Assembly (NCBI RefSeq): GCF_009914755.1
Contig: NC_060933.1
Origin: the human T2T-CHM13v2.0 reference genome, Homo sapiens
DNA: 64,000 nt
Direction: 5' to 3' (one strand)
The position numbers and the translations under genes are program-made. Below the pieces are notes generated by a model that worked only from the letters and a program-made list of their open reading frames with translations, did not search any database and was not told where the DNA came from. Below, piece after piece: positions 53,001-64,000 of this stretch. Within the stretch, counting starts at the first letter, position 1; each line of letters begins with the position of its first letter.

Positions 53001-56000
53001 TTCCATTCCATTCCATTCCCCTGCACTCGGGTGGATTCCATTCTATTCCATTCCATTCCATTCCATTCCGTTCCATTCCATTCCATTGCATTCCATTCCA
53101 TTCTATTCGGATTAATTCCATTCCATTCCATTCCATTCCATTCAATTCCATTCCATTGCAATCGAGTTGATTCCATTCCATTCCATTCAATTCCGGATGA
53201 TTCCATTCCATTGCATTCCATTCCATTCCATTCCCCTGTACTCGGGTTCATTCCATTCCATTCCATTCCAATCCATGCCATTCCACTCGTGTTGATTCCA
53301 TTCTTTCCATTCCATTCAAGTTGAATTCATTCCATTGCATTCCATTCCATTCCATTCCCCTGCAGTCGGGTTGATTCCATTCCATTCCATTCCATTCCAT
53401 TCCATTCCATTCCATTCCGTTCCGTTCCGTTCCATTCCATTCCATTCTATTTGGGTTAATTCCATTCCATTCCATTCCATTCCATTCCATTCCATTCCAT
53501 TCCAATCGAGTTGATTCCATTCCATTCCATTCCATTCCATTCCATTCCATTCCACTCCATTCCAGTCCTTTCCATTCCATTCCACTCGGGTTGATTCCAA
53601 TGTATTCCTTTCCATTCCATTCCATTCCATTGCAATCGAGTTGATTCCATTGCTTTGCATTCCATTCCATTCCATTCCATTCCGGATGATTCCATTCCAT
53701 TGCATTCCATTCCATTCCATTCCCCTGCACTCGGGTTGATTCCATTCCATTCAACTCCATTCCGTTCCATTCCATTCCATTCCATTGTATTCGGGTTAGT
53801 TCTATTCCATTCCATTCCATTCCATTCCAATCGAGTTGATTCCATTCCATTCCATTCCATTCCATTCCAGTCCTTTCCATTCCATTCCACTCGGGTTGAT
53901 TCCATTCTATTAGTTTCCATTCCATTCCATTCCCTTCCATTCCACTCTGGTTGATTCCATTCCTTTCCATTCCACTCGAATACATTCCCTCCTATTCCAC
54001 TCGGAACGATTCCATTCCATTCCATTCCATTCCATTCCATTCCATTCCATTCCATTCCATTTCGTTCCATTCCATTCTATTCCGTATCATTCCATTCCAT
54101 TCCATTCCATTCCATTCCATTCCATTCCATTCCACTCGTGTTGATTCCATTCCTTTCCATTCCATTCGGTTTGAAGGCATTCCATTCCATTCCATTCCAT
54201 TCCATTCCATTCCATTCCATTCCATTCCATTCCATTGTACTCGGGTTGATTCCATTCCATTGCATTCCATTCCATTCCATTCTATTCCTTTCCATTCCAT
54301 TCCATTCCATTCCGTTGCATTCCATTCCATTACATTCGGATTGATTCTATTCAACTCCCTTACTCTCCATTACATTCCATTCCATTCGGGTTGTTCCATT
54401 CCATTCCATTCCATTCCACTCCATTCCATTGCACTCGGGATGATTCCATTCTATTCCATTCCATTCCATTCCATTCCATTCCGGATGATTCAATTCCATT
54501 GCATTCCGTTCCATTACATTCCCCTGCACTCGCGTTGATTCCATTCCATTCCATTCAATTCCATTCCATTACAATTCGTTACATTCCATTCTATTCCGTA
54601 CCATTCCATTCCATTCTATACCATTCCATTCCATTCCATTCCATTCCATTCCGTTCCATTCCATACCATTGCATTCCATTCCATTCTATTCGGGTTAATT
54701 CCATTCCATTCCATTCCATTCCATTCTATTCCATTCCATTGCAATCGAGTAGAATCCATTGCATTTCATTCCATTCCATTCCATTCCCCTGCACTAGCGT
54801 TGATTCCATTCCATTCCATTCCATTCCATTCCATTCCATTCCATTCCATTCCGGAAGATTCCATTCCATTGCATTCCATTACATTCCATTCCCCTGCACT
54901 CGCGTTGATTCCATTCCATTCCATTCCATTCCATTCCATTCCATTCCATTCCATTCCGTTCCATTCCATTCCTTTCCGTTCCATTCCATTCCATTCCATT
55001 CCATTCCATTCCGTTCCGTTTCGTTCCGTTCCGTTCTGTTCCATTCCATTCCATTCCATTCTATTCGGGTTAATTCCATTCCATTCCATTCGATTGCAAT
55101 CGAGTTGATTCCATTCCATTCCATTCCATTCCATTCCATTCCATTCCATTGCATTCCGGAAGATTCCATTCCATTGCATTCCATTCCATTCCATTCCCCT
55201 GCACTCGCGTTGTTTCCATTCCATTCCATTCCATTCCATTCTATTCCATTCCGTTCCGTTCCGTTCTATTCCATTCCATTCCATTCCATTCCGTTCCGTT
55301 CCGTTCCATTCCATTGCATTCCATTCTATTCGGGTTAATTCCATTCCATTCCATTCGATTGCAATCGTGTTGATTCCATTCCATTCCATTCCATTCCATT
55401 CCATTCCTTTCCATTCCATTACGGATGATTCCATTCCATTGCATTCCATTCCATTCCATTTCCCTGTACTCGGGTTGATTCTATTCCATTCCATTCCAAT
55501 CCATGCCCTTCCACTCGTGTTGATTCCATTCTTTCCATTCCATTCAAGTTGAATCCATTCCATTGCATTCCATTCCATTCGATTCCATTCGATTGCACTC
55601 GGGTTGATTCCATTCCATTGCATTCCATTCCATTCCATTCCATTCCGTTCCATTCCATTCCATTACATTCGGATTGATTCTATTCAATTCCCTTACTCTC
55701 CATTACATTCCATTCCATTCGGGTAGTTTCCATTCCATTCCATTCCATTCCTCTCCATTCCATTGCACTCGGGTTGATTCCATTCCATTGCATTCCATTC
55801 CATTCCATTCAATTCCATTCCGTTCCATTCCATTCCATTACATTCGGATTGATTCTATTCAACTCCCTTACTCTCTATTACATTCCATTCCATTCGGGCT
55901 ATTCCATTCCATTCTATTCCATTCCACTCCATTCCATTGCATTCGGGTTTATTCCATTCCATTCCATCCCATTCCATTCCATTCCATTCCGGAAGATTCC

Positions 56001-59000
56001 ATTCCATTGCATTCCATTCCATTCCATTCCCCTGCACTCGCGTTGATTCCATTCCATTCCATTCCATTCCATTCCATTCCATTCCATTCCATTCCTTTCC
56101 GTTCCATTCCATTCCATTCCATTCCATTCCGTTCCGTTCCGTTCCATTCCATTCCATTCCTTTCTATTCGGGTTAATTCCATTCCATTCCATTCGATTGC
56201 AATCGAGTTGATTCCATTCCATTCCATTCCATTCCATTCCATTCCATTCCTTTCCATTCCATTACGGATGATTCCATTCCATTGCATTCCATTCCATTCC
56301 ATTCCCCTGTACTCGGGTTCATTCCATTCCATTCCATTCCAATCCATGCCATTCCACTCGTGTTGATTCCATTCTTTCCATTTCATTCAAGTTGAATCCA
56401 TTCCATTGCATTCCATTCCATACCATTCCCCTGCAGTCGGGTTGATTCCATTCCATTCCATTCCATTCCATTCCATTCCATTCCATTCCGTTCCGTTCCA
56501 TTCCATTCCATTCCATTCCATTCCATTTTATTCGGGTTAATTCCATTCCATTCCATTCCATTACATTCCATTCCAATCGAGTTGATTCCATTCCATTCCA
56601 TTCCATTCCATTCCATTCCATTCCATTCCACTCCATTCCAGTCCTTTCCATTGCATTCCACTCGGGTTGATTCCAATGTTTTCCTTTCCATTCCATTCCA
56701 TTCCATTGCAATCCAGTTGATTCCATTGCTTTGCATTCCATTCCATTCCATTCCATTCCGGATGATTCCATTCCATTGCATTCGATTCCATTCCATTCCC
56801 CTGCACTCGGGTTGATTCCATTCCATTCCACTCCATTCCGTTCCATTCCATTCCATTCCATTGTATTCGGGTTAATTCCATTCCATTCCATTCCAATCGA
56901 GTTGATTCCATTCCATTCCATTCCATTCCATTCCATTCCATTCCATTCCATTCCATTGCAATCGAGTTGTTTCCATTGCATTCCATTCCATTACATTCCA
57001 TTGCATTCCATTCCATTCCATTCCCCTGCACTCAGGTTGATTCCATTCGATTCCATTCCATTCCATTCCATTCCATTCGTTCCATTCCATTCCATTCTAT
57101 TCGCTTTAATTGCATTCCATTTCATTCCATTGCATTCCATTGCAATCGAGTTGATTCCATTCCTTTCCGTTCCATTCCATTCCATTCCATTCCATTTCGT
57201 TCCATTCCATTCTATTCCGTACCATTCCATTCCATTCCATTCCATTCCATTCCATTCCGTTCCATTCCATTCCATGCCATTCCACTCACGTTGATTCCAT
57301 TGCTTTCCATTCCATTTGGGTTGAATCCATTCCATTCCATTCCATTCCATTCCATTCCATTCCATTCCATTGCACTAGGTTTGATTCCATTCCACTGCAT
57401 TCCATTCCATTCCATTCCATTCCGTTCCATTCCATTCCATTACATTCGGATTGATTGTATTCAATTCCCTTACAGTCCATTTCATTCCATTCCATTCGGG
57501 TTGTTTCCATACCATTCCATTCCATTCTATTCCATTTCGTACCATTCCATTCTATTCGGTACCATTCCATTCCATTCCATTCCATTCCATGCCATTCCAC
57601 TTGGGTTGATTCCCTTCCTTTCCATTCCATTCGGGATGAATCCATTCCATTCCATTCCATTCCATTCCATTCCTTTCCATTCCATTGCATACGGGTTGAT
57701 TCCATTCCATTCCTTTCTGTTCCATTCCGGATGACTCAATTCCATTGCATTCCATTCCATTCCATTCCCCTGCCCTCGGGTTCATTACATTCCATTCCAT
57801 TTACTTCCAATCCATTCCATTCCATTCAATTCCATTCTATTCGGGTTAATTCCATTCCATTCCATTCCATTCCATTCCATTCCATTCCATTCCATTCCAT
57901 TCCATTCCATTCCATTCCATTGCAATCGAGTTGATTCCATTCCATTCCATTCAATTCCATATGATTCCATTCCATTGCCTTCAATTCCATTCCATTCCCC
58001 TGCACTCGGGTTGATTCCATTCCATTCCATTCCATTCCATTCCATTCCATTTCATTCCATTCCATTTCGTTCCATTCCATTCTATTCCGTTCCATTCCAT
58101 TCCATTCCATTCCATTCCATTCCATTCCATTCCATTCCTTTTCATTCTATTCGGGTTAATTCCATTCCATTCCATTCCATTCCATTCCATTCCATTCCGT
58201 TCCATTCAATTCCATTACATTCGGATTGATTCTTTTTAATTCCCTTACACTCCATTACATTCTATTCCATTCGGGTAGTTTCCATACCATTCCATTCCAT
58301 TCCACTGCATTCTATTGCACTCGGGTTGATTGATTCCATTCCATTGCATTCCATTCCATTCCATTCCATTCCATTCCGGAGGATTCCATTTCATTGCATT
58401 CCATTGCATTCCATTCCCCTGTACTCGGGTTGATCCGATTCCATTGCATTCCATTCCATTCCATTCCATTCCATTCCATTCCGTTCCGTTCCATTCCATT
58501 CCCTTCCATTCTGTTCAGGTTAATTCCATTCCATTCCATTCCCTTCCATTCCATTCCATTCCATTCCATTCCATGCCATTCCACTCGGGTTGATTCCATT
58601 CCTTTCCATTCCATTCGAGTTGAACCCATTCCATTCCATTCCATTCCATTCCATTCCATTCCATTCCACTCGGGTTGATTCCATTCCTTTCCATTTCATT
58701 CGGGTTGAAACCATTCCATTCCATTCCATTCCTTTCGATTCCATTCCATTTCACTCGGGTTGATCCCATTCCATTGCATTCCATTCCATTCCATTGCATT
58801 CCATTCCGTTCCATTCCATTCCATTACATTCGTATTGATTCTATTCAATTCCCTTACTCTCCATTACATTCCATTCCATTCGGGTTGTTTCCATTCCATT
58901 CCATTCCATTCCACTCCATTCCATTGCAATCGGGTTGATTCCATTCCATTCCATTGCATTCCATTCAATTCCATTCCATTCCGTATGATTCCATTCCATT

Positions 59001-59070
59001 GCATTCCATTCCATTCCATTCCCCTGCACTCGGGTGGATTCCATTCTATTCCATTCCATTCCATTCCATT
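44020..59070 (+). repeat. Tandem duplication of a ~6.0 kb A+B composite unit; first copy expanded to 9.08 kb by the internal 3.08 kb repeat
   Basis: Offset +9079 for 44169/53248 and for the EcoRI sites at 44244/53323. Offsets +5998 to +6003 for 47948/53951, 50733/56731, 52242/58245 and 52838/58841. The junction is at ~53070-53110. Confidence 0.92.
44700..50870 (+). repeat. Tandem duplication, period ~3.08 kb (2 copies), dialect A
   Basis: ORF pairs 44872/47948 (+3076), 45263/48344 (+3081), 46152/49238 and 46585/49671 (+3086), 47304/50385 (+3081). Private markers GGGTTAGTTCT, GAGTAGAATCC, GCACTAGCGTTG, CGGGCTATTCC. Confidence 0.93.
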
Positions 59071-62000
59071 CCACTCCATTCCATTCCATTCTATTCGGGT
59101 TAATTTCATTCCATTCCATTCCATTCCCTTCCATTGCATTCCATTCCATTCCATTCCATTCCATTGAAATCGAGTTGATTCCATTCCATTCCATTCCATT
59201 CCATTCCATTCCATTCCATTCCATTCTATTCGGGTTAATTCCATTCCATTCCATTCCATTCCATTCCCTTCCATTCCATTCTATTCCATTCCATTCCATT
59301 CCATTCCATTCTAGTAGGGTTAATTCCATTCCATTCCATTCAATTCCATTCCATTCCATTCCATTCCATTCCATTGCAATCGAGTTGATTCCATTCCATT
59401 CCATTCCATTCCATTCCATTCCATTCCATTCAATTCCATTGAACTCGGGTTGATTCCATTCCATTCCATGCCATTCCGTTTCATTCCATTCCATTCCATT
59501 CCATTCCATTCCATTCCTTTCCGTTCTATTCAATTACATTCGGATTGATTCTATTCAATTCCCTTACACTCCAATACATTCTATTCCATTCGTGTTGTTT
59601 CCATTCTATTCCATTCCATTCCACTCCATTCCATTGCACTCTGGTTGATTCCATTCCATTCCCTTCCATTCCGTATGACTCCATTCCATTTCATTCCATT
59701 GCATTGCTTTCCCCTGCACTCGAGTTGATTACATTCCATTCCATTCCCTTCCTTTCCGTTCCATTCCATTCTATTCGGGTTAATTCCATTCCATTCCATT
59801 ACATTCCATTCCATTCCATTCCATTCCATTCCATTCCATTCCATTCCATTCTATTCGGGTTAATTCCATTCCATTCCATTCCATTCCATTCCATTCCATT
59901 CCATTGCAATCGAGTTGATTCCATTCCATTCCATTCCATTCCATTCCATTCCATTCCATTCCGTTCCATTCCATTCCATTACATTCGGATTGATTCTTTT
60001 TAATTCCCTTACACTCCATTCCATTCCATTCCATTCGGGTACTTTCCATTCCATTCCATTCCATTCCACTGCATTCTATTGCACTCGGGTTCATTGATTC
60101 CATTCCATTACATTCCATTCCATTCCATTCCCCTGCACTCGGGTTGATCCCATTTCATTGCATTCCATTCCATTCCATTCCATTCCATTCCATTCCGTTC
60201 CATTCCATTCCATTCCATTCTGTTCAGGTTAATTCCATTCCATTCCATTCCTTTCCATTCCGTTCCATTCCATTCCATTCCATTCTGTTCAGGTTAATTC
60301 CATTCCATTCCATTCCCTTCCATTCCATTCCATTCCTTTCCATCCCATTGCAATCTAGTTGATTCCATTGCATTCCATTCCATTCCATTCCATTCCATTG
60401 CATTCCATTCCATTCCATTCACCTGCACTCAGATTGATTCCATTCCATCCCATTCCATTCCATTCCGTTCCATTACATTCCATTCCATTCTATTCGCGTT
60501 AATTCCATTCCATTCCATTACATTACATTCCATTGCAATCGAGTTGTTTCCATTCCATTCCGTTCCATTCCATTCCATTCCATTCCATTTCGTTCCATTC
60601 CATTTTATTCTGTACCATTCCATTCCATTCCATTCCATTCCATTCCATTCCATGCCATTCCACTCGGGTTGATTCCATTGCTTTCCATTCCATTTGGGTT
60701 GGATCCAATCCATTCCATTCCATTCCATTCCATTCCATTCCATTCCATTCCATTCCATTGCACTAGGTTTGATGACATTCCACGGCATTCCATTCCATTC
60801 CATTCCGTTCCATTCCATTCCATTACATTCGGATTGATTGTATTCAATTCCCTTACACTCCATTACATTCCATTCCATTCGGGTTGTTTCCATTCCATTT
60901 CATTCCATTCCACTCCATTCCATTGCACTCAGGTTGATTCCATTCCATTCCATTCCATTCCATTCCATTTCGTTCCATTCCATTCTATTCCGTACCATTC
61001 CATTCCATTCCATTCCATTCCATGCCATTCCACTCAGGTTTATTACATTCCTTTCCATTCCATTCGGGTAGAATCCATTCCATTCCATTCCCTTTCATTC
61101 CATTCCATTCCATTCCTTTGCACTCGGGTTGATTCCATTCCATTCCCTGCCATTCCATTTCATTCCATTCCATTCCATTCCATTCCATTCCATTCCGTTC
61201 CATTCCATTCCATTACATTCGGATTGATTGTATTCAATTCCCTTAAACTCCATTACATTCCATTCCATTCGGGTTGTTTCCGTTCCATTACATTCCATTC
61301 CACTCCATTCCATTGCACTCAGGTTGATTCCATTCCATTCCATTTGGTTCCATTCCATTCTATTCCGTACTATTCCATTCCATTCCATTCCATTCCATGC
61401 CATTCCACTCGGGTTGATTCCATTCCTTTCCATTCCATTCGGGTTGAATCCATTCCATTCCATTCCATTGCATTCCGTTCCATTCCATTCCCCTGCAATC
61501 GGGTGGATTCCATTCTATTCCATTCCATTCCATTCATTCCATTCCATTCCATTCCATTTCGTTCCATTCCATTCTATTCCGTACCTTTCCATTCCATTCC
61601 ATTCCATTCCATTCCATACCATGCCATTCCACTCGGGTTGATTCCATTCCTTTCCATTCCATTCTAGTTGAATCCATTCCATTGCATTCCATTCCATTCG
61701 ATTCCATTTAATTGCACACGGGTTCATTCCATTCCATTCCATTCCATTCCATTCCGTTCCATTCCATTCCATTTCGTTAAATTCCATTCTATTCCGTACC
61801 ATTCCCTTCCATTCCATTCCATTCCACTCCGTTCCATGCCATTCCACTCGGGTTTATTCCATTCCTTTCCATTCCATTCGGGTTGAATCCATTCCATTCC
61901 ATTCCATTCCATTCCATTCCATTCCATTCCATTCCATGCCATTCCACTCGGGTTGATTCCATTCCTTTCCATTCCATTCGAGTTGAACAAATTCCATTCC

Positions 62001-64000
62001 ATTCCATTCCATTCCATTCCATTCCATTGCTCACGGGTTCATTCCATTCCATTCCATTCCATTCCATTCCATTCCATTCCATGCCATTCCACTCGGGTTG
62101 ATTCCATTCCTTTCCATTCCATTCGAGTTGAACAAATTCCATTCCATTCCATTCCATTCCATTCCATTCCATTGCTCACGGGTTCATTCCATTCCATTCC
62201 ATTCCATTCCATTCCATTTCGTTCCATTCCATTCTACTCCGTACCATTCCATTCCATTCCATTCCCTTCCATGCCATTTCACTCGGGATTATTCCTTTCC
62301 TTTCCAATCCATTCGGGTTGAATCCATTCCATTCCATTCCTTTGCATTCCATTCCATTCCATTCCCCTGTAATCGGGTGGATTCCATTCTATTCCATTGC
62401 ATTCCATTCCATTCCATTCCATCCCATTCCATTCAATTTCGTTCCATTCCATTCTATTCCGTACCTTTCCATTCCATTCCATTCCACTTCACTCCATGCC
62501 ATTCCACTCGGGTTTATTCCATTCCTTTCCATTCCATTCGGGTTGAATCCATTCCATTCCATTCCATTCCATTCGATTCCATTACTTTGCACTCGGATTG
62601 ATTCCATTGCATTCCATTCCATTACATTCCATTGCATTCCATTCCATTCCATTCCCCTGCACTCAGGTTGATTCCATTCGATTCCTTTCCATTCCATTCC
62701 ATTCGGGTTGTTTCCATTCCATTCCATTCCATTCCACTCCATTCCATTGCAATCGGGTTGATTCCATTCCATTCCATTGCATTCCATTCCATTCCATTCC
62801 ATTCCGTATGATTCCATTCCATTGCATTCCATTCCATTCCATTCCCCTGCACTCGGTTGGATTACATTCTATTCCATTCCATTCCATTCCATTCCATTCC
62901 ATTCCATTCCATTCTATTCGGGTTAATTTCATTCCATTCCATTCCATTCCCTTCCATTCCATTCCATTCCATTCCATTCCATTGAAATCGAGTTGATTCC
63001 ATTGCATTCCATTCCATTCCATTCCATTCCATTCCATTCTATTCGGGTTAATTCCATTCCATTCCATTCCATTCCATTCCCTTCTATTCCATTCCATTCC
63101 ATTCCATTCCATTCTATTAGGGTTAATTCCATTCCATTCCATTCCATTCCATTCCATTCCATTCCATTCCACTCCATTCCATGCCATTCCACTCGGGTTT
63201 ATTCCATTCCTTTCCATTCCATTTGGGTTGAATCCATTCCATTCCATTCCATTCCATTCCATTCCATTCCATTCCATGCCATTTGCACTCGGGTTGATTC
63301 CATTCCTTTCCATTCCATTCGAATTGAACCCATTCCATTCCATTCCATTCCATTCCATTCCATTCCATTCCATTCAATTGCTCACGGGTTCATTCCATTC
63401 CATTCCATTCCATTCCATTCCATTCCATTCCATTCCATTCAATTGCTCACGGGTTCATTCCATTCCATTCCATTCCATTCCATTCCATTCCATTTCGTTC
63501 CATTCCATTCTACTCCGTACCATTCCATTCCATTCCATTCCCTTCCATGCCATTTCACTCGGGTTTATTCCATTCCTTTCCATTCCATTCGGGTTGAATC
63601 CATTCCATTCCATTCCATTCCATTCCATTCCATTCCATTGCGCTCGGGTTGATTCCATTCCATTCTATGCCATTCCATTTCATTCCATTCCATTCCATTC
63701 CATTCAATTCCATTCCATTCCATTCCATTCCTTTCCTTTCAATTCCATTCCATTACATTCGGATTGATTCTTTTTAATTCCCTTACACTCCATTCCATTC
63801 CATTCCATTCGGGTACTTTCCATTCCATTCCATTCCATTCCACTGCATTCTATTGCACTCGCGTTGATTGATTCCATTCCATTGCATTCCATTCCATTCC
63901 ATTCCATTCCATTCCATACCATTCCATTCCATTCTGTTCAGGTTAATTCCATTCCATTCCGTTCCCTTCCATTCCATTCCATTCCATTCCATCCCATTGC
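56880..64000 (+). repeat. HSat3 dialect-B domain (distal, more diverged)
   Basis: Same B modules (CACTAGGTTTG at 57374 and 60761; GAGTTGAACCC at ~58617; GCTCACGGGTTCATT at 62029, 62174, 63380). No CCGGAAG or TCGATTGCAATCGA seen after ~56206. Confidence 0.7.
61930..62215 (+). repeat. 145-bp tandem duplication
   Basis: The private module AGTTGAACAAATTCC occurs at 61981 and 62126, and ATTGCTCACGGGTTC follows each copy. ORF starts 61953/62098 differ by 145. Confidence 0.88.

Larger units (their letters stand above)
1..64000 (+). repeat. Human Satellite 3 (HSat3/SatIII) pericentromeric-type array, (CATTC)n C-rich strand on +
   Basis: Continuous ATTCC pentamers with point variants (ATTGC, ATTAC, GTTCC, TTTCC, ACTCC) from base 1 to 64000. 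They are interspersed with ACTCGGGTTG/ATTCGGGTTG, the decamer classically used to define satellite 3. The HSat2-type CATTCGATTC/ATG-rich pattern is not dominant. Subfamily (decamer-rich, probably HSat3B-like), chromosome and species (human vs other ape) cannot be fixed from sequence alone. Confidence 0.97.

Noticed and set aside
44020-59070. +/-5 bp differences in pure CATTC tracts between near-identical copies as an information code
   Set aside because: They are fully explained by replication slippage or consensus error in long homogeneous tracts, and no consistent pattern is evident.
63-63992. Hundreds of ORFs up to 365 aa (FHSIP- and MEWNG-repeat peptides)
   Set aside because: (CATTC)n and (GAATG)n contain no stop codon in any frame, so long ORFs in all six frames are expected. 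The peptides are the 15-nt translation of the pentamer, overlap in every frame and show no domain or frame preference.
1-64000. CRISPR-like alternation of a conserved motif (ACTCGGGTTG) with variable stretches
   Set aside because: The intervening stretches are themselves CATTC repeats of irregular length rather than unique spacers. There is no cas gene, leader or prokaryotic context.
1-64000. Pentapeptide-repeat or ice-nucleation-type repetitive protein gene
   Set aside because: The periodicity is 5 nt, not a multiple of 3, and indels are multiples of 5 or single bases, so no reading frame is conserved.
1-64000. Alu/L1 or other mobile-element insertion, or strand inversion
   Set aside because: No non-satellite stretch, poly(A) tail or run of GGAAT on the + strand was seen anywhere.
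1-64000. Alpha satellite / CENP-B box, or the DYZ1 (~3.5 kb) or D15Z1 (~1.8 kb) regular unit
   Set aside because: No 171-bp monomer or CENP-B box was seen. The observed periods (1.07, 3.08, ~4, 6.0, 22.3 kb) are local duplications, not an array-wide fixed unit.
1-64000. G-quadruplex or (GGAAT)n hairpin structure as a special feature
   Set aside because: G-runs on the minus strand are mostly GG only. Fold-back of (GGAAT)n is a generic known property of the satellite and is not specific to this window.

Overview
The whole 64 kb is one uninterrupted, single-orientation block of classical human/hominid Satellite 3 (HSat3, SatIII). It consists of diverged (CATTC)n/(GAATG)n pentamers punctuated by the diagnostic A(C/T)TCGGGTTG decamer and a small vocabulary of other recurring modules. 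I find no protein-coding gene, RNA gene, transposon insertion, inversion or CRISPR array; every ORF in the track is a translation of the pentamer (FHSIP/MEWNG). The real information is architectural. (i) Two motif 'dialects' (A and B) are interleaved. (ii) There are nested recent duplications: ~8 kb at a 22.2-22.3 kb offset, ~3 kb at a ~4 kb offset, a 1.07 kb tandem, and a 6.0 kb tandem with a 3.08 kb re-duplication whose crossover can be placed within ~45 bp. (iii) About 35 hand-counted perfect three-unit heat-shock elements (aTTCc-gGAAg-aTTCc) and a recurring 14-bp perfect palindrome occur only in dialect A, within a continuous lattice of TEAD (MCAT) cores. I cannot support a new protein-based system. 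The best candidate for unappreciated biology is a domain-restricted, CpG-containing HSF1/TEAD cis-element lattice. All positions and counts were read by eye and need computational confirmation.
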